A stretch of 63,191 nucleotides of DNA, filler included, from Welwitschia mirabilis (taxonomy: Eukaryota): the NCBI GenBank assembly GCA_051453625.1. It is 5 parts of one record of this genome, joined end to end, with 100 filler letters (N's around TTAATTAATTAA, not from the genome) between each part and the next. Parts side by side here need not be neighbours in the genome. Positions count along the whole stretch, not along the records: positions 20,901 to 50,122 come from JBOZIK010000001.1; 4 more parts are not named here. One strand, written 5' to 3'. A program made the position numbers and the translations under genes. Below the pieces are notes generated by a model. That model had not been told where the DNA came from, searched no databases, and saw only the letters and a list, made by a program, of their open reading frames with translations. Positions 26,101 to 40,399 of the stretch are shown piece by piece (position 1 is the stretch's first letter; each line of letters opens with the position of its first letter).

Positions 26101-27941
26101 GAAGACAATAACTATATTTAATAAAATTAATAACTATTTTAATTAAAATTATAATGTGCTTTCTTTTCAAGAAAAATAATAATATTACTCAAGAAAATGA
26201 ATATTTTACTTGTTTAAATTAGAATGAATGTTTTACTTATTTAAATTGTATTGGTTATTTTACAACATTAGATTCTTATTATTATTTTATTATATACTAT
26301 CAGTTTTGTTTATTTATTCAAGTAAAAGAAGTACCTCAAAATTTGCATTAGAAGAAATTATTGAGATAACTTAATCTAAAGGACTCATTAATAAAGTGTC
26401 TTCTATTAGTCTAAAGAAAGTATGATCTAAAATAGTCATTATCAATGGTGAAATGCAAATTAAGTAAGAACTTATTATGTTTAAAATCCAAGGAAGGAGT
26501 TGACAGTAAGTTATTTACATTATATTTCAACACACTCAAAGAAAACAATTAATGTGCCTTTATATTTATCAATGTATTATTCTATTTAACATGGTTATGT
26601 TTAAGTATCTATCCTTATTTAGATTTTACAAAAGTTAAGGGACATAGAGAGAGTAACACATATTTGCTAAACTAGTAATTGAGGATACATACCACGAATT
26701 TAATATCATCGATTCCGTTTCATGTCTAGATAATGAGCATATTGTATCACTTATTATTGAGTGTCAAAACAAAACTATTTAATGCTTTAATTTACTTCAT
26801 TAGTTTGATCATGAACAATTCACTAAATGGAGTATTGGTTTTTTTTCCTTACTTGTAAATGGAAACTACTTTGTGACATATTAACACTATTGTAAGAGAA
26901 TGACTATGATTATAGATCATTTATTTTGAATTGCATTGGAAAATTATTAGAAAGATGAAATTAAAAACATTTACAAACAAAAATATTTCTAAATTTAAAT
27001 ATAAAATTCTAATGTAAATTGTAGACATGCTTAAGAGTTCTTATTATTGAAAAAAATAAACATAAGTTTAAGCGTTACCTGAGTATAGTAAGTTATTATC
27101 TAGTATGAATGTACATTTTAATAAGAAAATAATATTTTTATTCATCAATTTTAGCTTTTCTTATTTTATTGAAAAAATTATTTGAAATAATTTCAACATC
27201 TAATAAATTTTAATAAATGATGATGAATCTCTAAAATACTTTAAATATTTAATTTAAAACTTTAATAATTTCAAATATTACCTATAATAAATTATAAGGT
27301 GATGCTTTAATACAACATTGAAATGTAGATCATTTTCAAATCCAAATTTATTTTTTAGAAAAAATTTCATAAGATATTTAGTTAACATTGAAGAAAATTA
27401 AAATACACATAAAATATGATTAATTTAAATATTTTATTTATAACATTTATATCTAATGTACTCTTATAAAATTAATTTAGAATTCCTGATTAAAAGATAA
27501 TTACTTAAAAATTTGAAAATTTAATTTTTTAAAATTTTAATTACAATAAAGATTTATAAACTAAGATATCTAAGGTAGACAATATACTAAATGTAGTTAA
27601 AGATGATAAATATAGTTAAAATTGATCATTTTAGTTATTTTAAATCATTTTAAAAAAATATAAAATACATATTTAAAGATGGTGAACATTATTAAAGTTA
27701 AACAGTTTTGTATTTTGAAGGGTTTAATTAGAAATAGTACTGAATCTAACCATCATAGTATCAGATTTATAGTTATAGTAGTTAAAATCTAATTAAACTA
27801 TAAAAGTTCAAATTTAATTTAAATTATATTTAGGAGAACTACACGTTCTACTCTTTAAAGGGATGCAATTACAAAAACAAAGGTGATTAAGTGGAATTTT
27901 AAAAAGCTCTCTCATATAACAAATTTTTATTTTATAAGAAC

Positions 27942-29940
27942 ATTATGGATCATTGAACTCAAGAGAATGAAGGAGATGAATGATTATTAATTAGAATTAA
28001 CTAATTAAAGAATTTATGGTATTAAATAAAAGATACTAAATTGTATAGAAAATTGAAATGAACTGACTAAGGTAATGTAGTTTTCAAAACTAAGTACATT
28101 TACACATAAAGGATGAAAATTTATGCACCTCTAAATAGGTTTATAGTTCATCATTAATCTTAGTAGGTCTATGTTGAAATAAGGATTTATCTCTCAAGAT
28201 TACATTTAAAACCCATAGGTTATAACACCATATAAAGTAAAATCCCTTTATAAGGAAATCCAAAAAGCCTCTTAATGTTGAAGAAATAAGATATAATAAA
28301 AACATAATTTAAAAATCATATTATTAAATTCTAATAATCCGCACATTTTAAGCACAAATACCTTATACCTAACACAAATAAACAAATGCAAGTTGGAATC
28401 TAAGTGATGAAAAGGTAACAATCTATGCATAGAAAGTAGTTTATACTTTATAACATAGAGTTTTACCTAGATCTGAGAATTAATATAGAAATGTAAGCTT
28501 AGAACATGTGCAAAATCTTTTTTTCAAAATAAATGTATTAATAGAAGAAGAATATCATGAGTTGTAAAGTTTTCTTTATTTATTTTTAGAACTTAAGCAT
28601 CTATTTATTTGAGGGTTCTTCATCAAATTTTCATTTAGATTTAAATGAATTTATCTACCATTTTAAATCATTTACCCTTTTATTCTACCATGATAATCGT
28701 GATGATAAAAGTCTTATCACTGTATAAGATTCATGCTAATAATTATTTTATTTTTTGATTATTATTTAGAATAGATGTTTTGGACATATACTGTCAATAG
28801 TCAACATCTTCCATTATCCATAGATATCTTCTATGGATGATATGATCCTATATTGGTATAAATATCTTGTGTTGCTCAGTTGTTTATTTTCTAGAATGAT
28901 AGTTTTAGTTTGAGCATACACATCTTTAAGTAATTATAAATGTCTTCTATGTCTAAAAACATCTTTTCTACTTAGAGTGCCTACATTTCACTATTTCTAT
29001 TTTTTAATTCTATAGATATCTTCTCTTAACTATGCATGTTTATAAGTGATTTTAATTCAAAGGTGTTCCTTTTTCTAATTTACTCTTTATCATAGATGTT
29101 TTTTAAAAATATAAGCATCTTTTACATGCATTACTAAACTTAATTAAGACATATTCATGAAGTCTAGATATATCTTGTTATGTATCTCATAATTTCTAAG
29201 TTTATAGACATCTTTTGGGTGCCTTAAATGTCTAGTATTCATTATTCATCTTTGAGTCCAGATGTCTTATCTTCATCAAACATCTTATTATATCATAGAA
29301 ATGTTTAACTCTTAAAGAGATCTTCTATCCTTCATTCTTTTCATCTAGGTCATCTCTTATAATTCAAAAATATCTTTAATTAGTATGATGCATAGACAAG
29401 TTTTTAAGTTCATATTTGAATGCCTATTATAAATAATAGATGTCTAATTCCCTATTAAACATTTACTATTAATTGTAATCATCTACTTTCTTTTATTGAG
29501 TTCTGCCTATTAAAAGTTCTAAAATGATGCAAATATATAACATACACTTTGGAGAAGTTATTAATATTATTAAAACTAGATTTCTTAATAATATCCCTCA
29601 TTCTTGATGATGTCTAAAACTTAGAAATGGCTATAGAAATATAAGTTTTAAGTATGCAACATTTTCATACATTGATAACATATCATAAGAACTCAAATAT
29701 CTTTACTATTATACAAATGCAATTATATTAAATTTTTAATTTACAGAAAATACAAATGAAAGAATACATGTGGGAAAAAACCAAAATCTATGAACTAAAA
29801 ATTTGCAATAATTTCCATAATTTATCTCTTAGATTTTATGTTCAAATCTATAAATCTGCTAGAACCACATTTTCACCATCATCATCATCATCATTACTAC
29901 TACCAGAGATCTATTGTATGCTACATGATGATGAATCTTA
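27942..29940 (-). mobile_element. Old SIRE-like 3' LTR (~27942-29590) with PPT and a short adjacent internal remnant
   Basis: Reverse PPT ATATCCCTCATTCTTGATGATG at 29591. Both LTR ends resemble those of 42807-44191. Many AGACATCT/AGATGTCT motifs. Confidence 0.65.
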
Positions 29941-32900
29941 TGTTGGAATTTTAAATAGGTATGCTCTAATACCATGCTAAGAATAGTTTTTTAGAGCACG
30001 AATGCTATAATCTAATGTTTTAAGATTAGATGTAGATGGTTAAATATCATTTTATGAATTTATTATATTTATATTTAAATGCATAGATATTAGAAGTTTG
30101 CTTTATTAGAAACAAAAAAATAAGAAGTAATGGTAAAAATAACTCTTAATATAATTAGATGTTATATTAACTAATTTAATAATTTTAGAATGGATAATTA
30201 GTATAAATGATATTTTTAACAACTATGTGAAAAGTTAGTTAATAAATGAATCACCTAACTAAGTTTTAAACTTAGGTATAAGTGATTTGAAGTGTTTCAT
30301 AATACCTATTCATCTCTTGGATCTTGATTTAATTGAATGATTATTTCTTTGAAACAAATTCTCTTCTTCTTATAGTGTTTTACTAATCAAGGAAAGATGC
30401 ATCTTTTGAGTGTAAAACAAAGCATATCATTTTACATTTCATTACAAGTTAATGATTTCTAAGTGGATTATAACTCATTAACACTTCCCTTTATTTTAAC
30501 TTGGTTACACACTTAAAGCCCTTTTTTCAAATTTTCAATATTTATATTCGTCTAGATTTGTTTCATCTTTATCTTATTTTACTTAAGCTCCTTCTTGTGT
30601 TCATCATATTTTAAGCTACTTTATCTTTAACTTTCTTAATTTTTTTTTCCTTCATTGGGTTTATCATATTCTAAACCATTCCATCTTTTATACATTATCT
30701 TATTAATTTTAGAAATTAATATGACAATAAAATTATTAAAGGAATTTCATCACTTCTATTTTTTAGAATACCTAACTTTATTTGAGGTATTATTTTAGTG
30801 GTTATCCATTTTTGGTAATTTATATTACTCCAATACTTTAGCTTTAATTTATTTTATTTAAATAAATAAATGATTTATTTAGAAAGTAGTATTATTTTCA
30901 TCTATAGATGATGACTTACTCATATTAAATATTTATTTAAGATTTAAGGGCTTGTTTAGTCCCTTGGATGAAGTTACAAAATTATACAAATGTAGATACT
31001 TTACATAAACTTCTTCTTTTATTTACCTATAAGGGATATAAACAAGGGTATAAAAATTATTTTAATTAATATAATAATATTTTAAGGATAGTATCCTATC
31101 ATTTGTTGTATTTTTATGTTGGATTCAATTTGTCATCATCTTTTATAATGGGGTTTAGTAGCAATGACTAGTGGGGTAGCTTATCCTTTAGCTTCCTCAT
31201 TCTTTGTAGGTTATTAAGGCTTAGATAGTTTATCTTGTTTTAGAATGTGCTTTACTTGAATAGGAACTTATTTTTAATAAAGCTTCTCAAGTTAGGAATG
31301 AATATTTACAATGTTATTTCATGTTTTATTAAGTGTTTGGAGGACTTCATCATGTTATTTAAATGCTTCATTTCTTTTTTAAGACATTTGAGTATTTTCC
31401 CCTTTAGACTAAGTCTCTTTAGACTGTGCTTCTAAGATGCTATTTAATTTCTTTACTATCATTCCTTCACTTGTTAATCTTATTTTATGCTTTGTAAATA
31501 GGTTTATTAATAGTATTTTATGCTTCATCAAAGAATTTTTCTTCTTTGAGTAAGTTGAACCTATGTTTTGTGATGGTTAATACCATAACAATTTATTTCC
31601 ATGAAATGTCCTTGACATATCATTAACTCATAAAGAATAGACAAATTATTATAATGTACATAAGATTCATTAATTGATTACTTGTTGTTATTATAGCTCT
31701 AGGATCTTCATAACATATTATAATTAACATGCTAACACATTTAACATCTAACATATGTTCTTTATTTATAGTAAGATACTCATTTTCATTTAGCTTATTT
31801 ATCTTAGTACTTTAATGAATACTTCATTATTATTTAGTATTCACTTGAGTAATACTTTTATGATCATTTGCCTTTAACTTATTTTAAGGATGTATCAAAA
31901 TAAATTATAATGGATTTAAAGTATTTCTAGTCATACCTCTTTAAATTTTTATTAATAAGACTTCCTTTAGAATTACTATCAAAATGGGCCATAAAGTAAT
32001 AAAGAGGAAAATTAGGGGAAAAAGTGTATAAAATGGAATACCATTAATAAAGAAAAGAGTTGCAAGGAAGAATATTAAATTTACTATATGAAAATTTATA
32101 GAAGTGCAGCAACATAGCTTTCCCAATCTTTGTAGAAATTAGCTTTATAGTAAAATAGAATAATATGTATAACTCTTTAATCATTTTTATTGATTTAGTG
32201 TATCAATTTTATCACAATAATTTAAATGATTTTATTTATTATATTAATTTAAAATTAACTTAATTTAAGAAGGATATTTATTCTTAAACTTAACAAAGAA
32301 AGATAATGATTTGGAAGCATAAATATCTTTAGTAAATTTTTGTATTAGTTATTGAAGAAAATACAATGAGATGATGTCAACACTATTTTGTTTAATAGTG
32401 TTTTCAAAAGTAAGAAGTAAAAACATGAGTTATTATGTTTCATCATAAAGGAAACCTTGTTTAATATTTTATTTTTATCTTTTGATAAAAGATTTTGATG
32501 GTATACAGGAATAACATAGAATTAGCTATAATATTGGTTTCCTAGTTTCATGAATTCATAAATTCATCACTAGGAATAACGTGAGTTATTGTATCATTAT
32601 ATATGTATTCTAAGTTCAACTAAGATTTCTCTATGGATACAAATCTCATGAAATTAAACTGAACTTTTACCAAAATACTAGGACTTCTGTTTGAAGTGTA
32701 GGTCTAGTGTCATTCTTCCCAAGGGATAATATGTAGGAAAAAAATAGTAAATCCTTTACAAAACTTACTTCTATAAGTGTCATAAAATGATAATGTATTA
32801 TAAGAAAGATAGAAAGGAAGTGTATCAATAAATTGAGGGAGGAAGGCATAATCCCTAACATATAGCATGATCATAATAACACTAACAAGAATCTTAATAA

Positions 32901-35799
32901 AAATAGACTTGATCTACAATTATTCCAAAGAAATCATGTTAATAATCCTTGAAACCTCAAGTACGGTGACATAATCTAATTCACTATATAAGTTTTGGTA
33001 AAGACTCTAAGTTAACTTAGTTTATATAGCTAATTCATAAGCATAAAAAGTAGAAACTTATCCAAAAGAATATTAAATGATAGTAACTATGGATTGAAAT
33101 TAACACATATAGAATCACTCATAAATATAGATAAGCTTAATGAAAAACATGCATACTTGGCATTAAGAACAAGATTGAAGAAACTCCAACCTTTATTATA
33201 GTAATAGAGCAAATACTACATAAAAGAAATATTGAAGCTAATATTTAAAATGTTATGCTAACCTTAAGTGCTAACTCATTACTTAGAAATCTCTCATATT
33301 AAAAAATTGATTATAAAATACATGTGTTGAAAGATCCCTAAAAATGAGTTTAAACTACATTTTTCTAATCCAAAATTTAGGGTTATTATTAGGGTTTTAC
33401 AAATTGGCATAAAATTTAAACTCTTCAAATTAGGTTAGAAATAGTCTTAATAAACTCAACATCTTCTCATAGTCCTGAAATGTAAGAATAAAAATATTTC
33501 TTCTAAAATGACCAACACCACTACTAAATCCTACCACAGCCATTAGAATTCTAGAGATTTTGGCTTGCAACTTCTAATCCATGATCTATCATACTATAGA
33601 AATCTACAAAGGTAAAATGTAAAGGCCAAATGTTAGATTTATCTAATTTTAACAACATAGATCAAGATACGTCCATAAAACCATAAAAATTAGAACTTAA
33701 CTATGATTAGATGGGCTTAATTACTTAAAACAAATGTTAATTTTAACATGTTATAACAACCACAACTAATCTTTTGCTAGTATTCTAAAAAAATGTGTAA
33801 AAGTTGCATAACATTAAAAAATTAAAAAATAAAAAAACATTAAAGATGACCAATTTTTAGGCTAATTTCATTTAAATTAAATGGATAAAAAAGTGTAAAA
33901 TAAAATTTTAAGTGAAATGCTCACTCCCACTAACTAAACTTAACTATATCTCAAAATTTAATGAAATGGAAATTAAAATGTATATGTAAATAAAATTGCA
34001 CAAATTTAAGATGCATGGCCATAAAAGAGAAGTACTTAATTGATTTTTTAAAAATAATTACATCAAAGAAGAGGACATGCAAACTAAGAAAATAAAAGAT
34101 ATTTCAAGTACAACTAAAAAATGTGCATAGGAAAAATTACAAAAATAAGTGAAGTGGGGGAGATGCACTAACTAATGAATATTATGAGAAACAATCCTCT
34201 CAAGCTTTTTTCAATTTCATCTTGCTTTTTGGATTTTTTTTTTTCTTTTTTCTATGCTCTTTCTTTTTGAAGATCTTTTTCATTATGTTCCAAAGTTCTT
34301 CTATCTAATCCTTTTAACATTTAAAAATCTATTTAAGAAATGTCTCATTTAAAGTAAACAAATAATGATGAGAAAGAGAAGTAGAAGAAGGAAAAGAATA
34401 AGGAGGAGTAGGAGAGTAAGGTAGATGTGGTGTCTTTTAAATTAGCTCTTTACCCTTTTTTATAGTAATAGGAGAAGAATAAGGAGAATAAGAGGCTTAA
34501 GCATGAGATGAAAAATGACCTTGAGGTGCTACTACTTCTTATTCTCCTTGTTGGAGGATTCTTGGAATTTAATCTTCCTTATTGCGCTTTTGAACTTGAG
34601 TGATTTTTCTAGGGGTAATGATCTCTATGTAAGATATATTCCAATTATTATAATAAAGGGTTTGTGAGAAAGCATTTTGAAGAAAATCTAAAACTAATCA
34701 TGGAAGTGGTAGATTTTCTTATTGTCTACATGTAATGTTTCTTTTTACCAGTGTAAGGTCATTTTGTTATAAATAGAAATATATAAATATTATGTTAGAA
34801 TTAATAAGAATAACAAATAATAATTTTATAAAAAGGTGGAAATTATTATTGATAGTAAAAAAATTACATTCCTTATCTTTATCCAATAGCCTTAGAATAA
34901 TGATCAAAGGTAAAGACATAGACTATGACCTGATTTCCCCTCCTAAGACCCTTGGGGATCAGCCAAGATTATCATTAGTTACATCCACCTAGTTTATTAT
35001 TATAAGCTTAAGTAGCATAATGAAAGGATACATCTTTACATATTTGGGTTTCACCCATTCATATCTCATTAATTATGCTCATTTAATACACTTCTTTACA
35101 AAAGTAAATTTAAAACATTACATTCCCTTTCCCTTAAGCTTCATGTTCATTGTTAACATTATTTCTCCTCATCTTGTGTAGTTCATGAAAGAATGCCAAT
35201 CTATATTATTTTTTATTATCTACAAAACATAAGGGAAGGAAAACACTATATATTAAGAAATATACTAACAAGTAAGAAAGTAACATATCATGTTTTATTA
35301 AAAGTTTCGGGAAAGGTCTTCTTCATATACTCCCTACTTTTCCAAGGTTGTTGATTATAAGTGGGTCTATTAAATGTATACTTCCTTTACATTTTTATTG
35401 CTCAATTACTTAGTAGTGGTATCTAAAACCTTTTCAAAATGGATTTGTTTACTTAGAAGTCATGGTGTTCATTTCATTAAGTATCCTATCCTTGAAGATA
35501 GTATTTTTCTTTTTGATAGCCATCTTTTGTTGATTTGATTTTCAAAGTATGGAGGAGGCTTTTGAGTTAGAGTGGTAAGATGCTAATGAAACTGTTATCA
35601 ACTTATTTTTAGAGAAGTTCTTTTGGTATTTCATTAGGCACTAGAATTTAGACCAATGTTCATCCAGTGGATATTTNNNNNNNNNNNNNNNNNNNNNNNN
35701 NNNNNNNNNNNNNNNNNNNNNNNNNNNNNNNNNNNNNNNNNNNNNNNNNNNNNNNNNNNNNNNNNNNNNNNNNNNNTCAATTACTTAGTAGTGGTATCT

Positions 35800-36400
35800 A
35801 AAACCTTTTTAGAATGGATTTGTTTACTTAGAAGTCATGGTGTTCATTTCATCAAGTATCCTACACTTGAAGATAGTGTTTTTCTTTTTGGTAGCCATCT
35901 TTTGTTGATTTGATTTTCAAAGTATGAAGGAGGCTTTTGAGTTAGAGTGGTAAGATGCTAATGAAACTGTTAATAAAATTATTTTTAGAGAAATTCTTTT
36001 GGTATTTCATTAAGCATTAGAATTCAGACCAATGTTCATCCAGTGGATATTTTCCCAAGTAGAGGCATTGAAATTCCATAATTTGATCTTCTATGAAATC
36101 TTATGCGATGAATTTCCTTTTAAACTCTTCTATGAAGGTGTTCCATGGTATTTTTTGGAAATGCTCTTGTTGGTACATAGACCACCGTTTGTAGGCATTT
36201 CCTATAAGGAAAATAGTAACATATACATACTATCTTTTAGGAGGAATATTTCAAAACTCAAAGTAGTTCTCTAATTACTAGATCTAGGATGTGGCTCCTT
36301 TGCTTATTATATCTTTACTTTTTTAGATCTTTAGAATGTTATTTTTGCATTCTTTTCTTCTTTGCATTGCTCTATATTAGAGTGATTAGCACTACTTCAC
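35800..36400 (-). pseudogene. gag: Decayed gypsy-type gag
   Basis: Minus strand TFIEEFKRKFIA*DFIEDQIMEFQCLYLGKYPLDEH resembles the Retrotrans_gag F...F...F......EF..L.QG....EY pattern. Boundaries are approximate. Confidence 0.6.
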
Positions 36401-36879
36401 AGGAATCTTAGAGGTTAGCCTCTATATTTAGTACTCTCATTTGGATGTTTTATAGATTAATGGAGCCTACTGGAGTATGCTGTTCTGATGTAAATAGTGG
36501 CTCTTGGGATGATTTTGGGTTATATTCTAGAGGCCTATCTCTTAGGTAAGAGATAAGGATATTAATCCTACTCACTAAAAGTTCATTCTGAGACTAAATA
36601 TGGTCGATTTGGCTTTTTAGTTCATCTATCTACCCATTCACTCTGTCTTCCCTAATGTAGTAATTAGTTCGACATCCTCTTGAACTCATTTATTTCTTTT
36701 ATTTTTGCTTCTCTTCTAAGAATATTCCACTTTTTTTATGGTGGGAATTATGTCATTTTATAGTGATGTTATCCTAGTTAGATATCTGTAACTAAAAGAT
36801 GGTTAGAAAAATAGTTAGAAAAGTAGTTTAGTAGTCATTATAACATTCCTTAATGATATGAATTCCATTGATGGTAACT

Positions 36880-37917
36880 GTCAAATATGTGTATTACTGA
36901 ATACCCAAGTGTGATGTTAGATGATAGGAAATTGTCAAGATTGAACTGTGGTGTTGGATATTTAAGTTAGATGTCAGACATCTAAGTGCAATGTTAGGTA
37001 CCCAAGTATAAAATTGGGGGTTATTTACAGAGCAAGCATGAGTAAGGTGATGAGCATCAGAGTCAACTGGAGGTACCAAGGGCTTATGAGAGTAAGTATA
37101 ACATCATAAACCTAAGTTTAATGTCAAACATTCAAGTGTAATATCAAAGAGCCATATCATGTAAAAATTAAGGTAGAGCAGGCTATGCGAGGAGTGAACA
37201 GGAAGTCTTGGTAGTCTACAAAAAAAAGTTCAACGTCAGGAACCTAAGTGCAATGTCTGGGATTCAAGTGTAATATTAAATGTCCAAGTGTGATGTCAAA
37301 TATTATTACAAAAATAATTATAAAGTAAACCATGAAGTTTCAAGGTCTTGCGAGAGGTATTAGACTATTACAAGCTCAAGTATGACATTGAGCATTAAAA
37401 TGTGACATCGGGAAACTAAGTGCGGCATTGGATACTCATGTAAAATGTTGAAGCCTAAAGTATGATGTTAGATCTTTTTTATGGAGTAGGCTCAAGTAAG
37501 ACAGGAAGTACTAGGGTCGAACGAAAGGTGCCGAAGCATCATGAAACTAAGTGAAATGTCAGGCACTTAAGTGTGATGTCGGGGACTTAAGAATGATATC
37601 AAGCATCCAAGTGTAACATTAGAGCCTTCATTGAAGAGCAAGTTAGAGTAGAGCAGGTAGTTCTAGAGCCAAGAAGAAGGTTTCAAATCATTGTGGAATC
37701 AAGTGTAACATTAGATACTCAAGTGCAACATCAAATACCCAAGTGTAATATTAAATATTTCTCTTAAAGTTGGCTAAAGCAGAAAAATAACCATTGAATC
37801 AAACAATAGGTTGTGAAGAATTATAGGACCAAGTGTGATGTCAGACACTCAAGTGCAACATTGGGCACTCAAGTATGACATTGGCCTTAGGATCTGCAAC
37901 ATCAACATGGGTTTCAN
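36880..37917. repeat. Degenerate ~20-bp tandem repeat (CAAGTGYRAYRTYRRRYAY) organised in ~140-170 bp higher-order units
   Basis: Recurrent CAAGTGTGATGTC / CAAGTGCAACATT units in groups, separated by a recurring GAGCAGG..AGT.CTAG-like spacer. Confidence 0.75.
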
Positions 37918-40399
37918 NNNNNNNNNNNNNNNNNNNNNNNNNNNNNNNNNNNNNNNNNNNNNNNNNNNNNNNNNNNNNNNNNNTGTCTTCATATTCTATT
38001 CTACTTAATGATAATTTACCATCTTCATGGCTCTAATACCAAATGTAATTTTCCTTTTTACTAGTTTAAGATTATTTTGTTATAAATAGGAACATATAAA
38101 TATTATGTTAGAATAAATAAGAATAATAAAGAATAATTTTAGAAAAAGGTGGACTTTATTATTGATAGTAGAAAATTACATTCCTTATCATTAGCCAAGA
38201 TTCTTAAACTAGTGATCAAAGGTAAAGACATGGACTGTGACTTGAGTCCCCTTATGGAACCCTTTGAGATCAGTCAAGGTTGTCATCAGTTACATCCATC
38301 TAGTCTATCCACCCTCACCTAATGCCATAGGCTTAAGTAGTATAATGAAAGGACAAATTTTTGCATATTTGGATTACACCCATTCATATCTTATTAATTA
38401 TGCTTATTTAGTTTCATAATACACTTGTTTATAAAATAGTAAATTTGGAACATTACACTACATGGGTAATTATAGTTTTCAAGAGGCATTTGATAATGCC
38501 AAAAGATTTATTATTTTGAATTATTCTAATCATGTCCAAATGATCACTATAAACATTTATAATAAGGGAGGTAGCCACTCTATTTCTAATGATTAATATA
38601 AATAGGACTAACTGGTTCTTATGAAGGTATTTGCAAGGACAAGAACCATCTATATTACGAGAATATTGCATGTTTAAAGATTCATAATAAAAAGTGAAGA
38701 TCTTAATAAGTAAAAAAGATAGACTATTACTTTGGATTACTTCAAAAATATCCTCTAGATCTCATAAAGTTAGGATAAAAAAAGTGTTATGAATATCTAA
38801 GAGTCCTTTTCATTCCTATTGGCATTCTTGTAAAACCCAAGTAATTCTCTATGATAGTAATAGGTATCTTCTTACTTTAAAAGATAATTTCAATTATTGG
38901 ATTTAATCCTTACTATGTAGAATATTTTATAAAGGAAGGGAAAATAGGTGAAGATGCCCTATTTAATAAAATATTCTTATCTTTAACTCATGATTTCCTA
39001 TAGATTATAAAAGTAAAGAAAGGAGAAAAAGAAAAAATGAAGAAAGAGAATAGAAGACAATGGAGATAAATTTAGAGATAAGAAATAAATAAGAAATATG
39101 AAGAAACTAGAAAACAATCAATTTCTGGAACAAAAATAAACATACTAGAGAGGTAAAATAACAAAAAATTATGACTAAAATTCATAAGAAGAAGCATGGA
39201 AAAATTATGTAAATCTAGATAATGGTGCTAGTAAGGAAACATAATGGCATGAGTGAAACTAACCAAATATATGCAACCTTTAATAAGGCATAGGAGGAAA
39301 TAACAAAGGTTAAGAAAATGTAATATACAAGGAAATTAGTGACTTTAAGTCTTGGTTTTTATTTAAAAAAAATCCATAAAATTATTTTATTTCATTAATA
39401 GTTGAGATTAATTTTGCCTAAATTGTGTCTTAAATAGAGAGATTACATTGTGAGAAACACAAATGTGCTTTCTAATGTATTTTATCATAGAGGGAAAAAT
39501 GGGGTTTTATGACTTAGAATGGTTAATGAAAAAGGGGAAATGTAGTAAATGACAATGAAAATGATGAATATATGCATCCTATGAATAAAGGCATTAATGA
39601 AATTTGCCTAATTACCTAGCTGTTTTTTAAATTTTTATTTAATTAGATAGATCTATTACCTAGATAAAATAATGTATTAATGACTAAAATTGAAACATTC
39701 AAGAGTAGGTGAAAGAGTTTCAAGTTTTGATTTATTGAATTAAGTATCACAAAATATCTATCTAATTTCAAGTTAATTTTATTCGAATTCCCTTGTACAT
39801 TCATAAGTTGCTACTTCAAGAATTTGATCATGTTAATCATTCAGTGCTATAGCACTTTCTTCTAATAGATTTAACATGTAATTCATGAAGAATTTAGTGC
39901 TATGTTGCTAGTAAGCATTCATAGCTTCAATGAAATTAAACATTTCATAAATAAATTATTAGAGCTACAATGCTAGTAGGAATCCATATCCCTAATGCTA
40001 TTAACTAAATCTAATATTAATGATTTATAAACAAAGCTCTTAAAATTTTAAGAAAATTTTAAAGAAATTTCTCTCTCATACACACTATGGTCATCATCTC
40101 ATGTAATTTCATCCCTTTGAGTACTTAAAACAAAGTTACCACTTAGAAAAAAATAGAAAAATCACATTTTTCCTTAGGACTTTTCATATTGGAGAGCTTA
40201 AATAACAACAAACTTTAATAAAGAACTTAAAAATAAATATGAATTTCCCTTAAAGAGAAATAATTTATAATGATTCTACTAAAACATTGAAAAGATAAAT
40301 ATCACTTAGTTATTAAAAATTAAAAAGAGGCCATTAACTAGGATTATTAAGTCTCTTACACTCATAAGAAAATAAAAGGGGTAGATGGAATGCTCTTAG

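Larger units (their letters stand above)
34731..38457 (-). mobile_element. Nested gag-only LTR element (TR-GAG-like)
   Basis: LTRs 34731-35122 and 38044-38457 (TGTAAT...ATTACA). Perfect TSD CTACA/CTACA. Reverse PBS GCTCTAATACCA (38030-38041) and reverse PPT TTCCCTTTCCC (35123-35133). No pol motifs seen. Confidence 0.88.

Noticed and set aside
29963-29990. Reverse PBS GCTCTAATACCA followed by TG as the 5' end of the 27942-29590 element
   Set aside because: The following sequence does not match that LTR and no partner LTR was found. It may be a relic of another element but cannot be delimited.
36880-37917. CRISPR-like repeat-spacer array
   Set aside because: The units are degenerate, the spacers resemble each other, and the array lies inside a plant LTR element with no cas genes.
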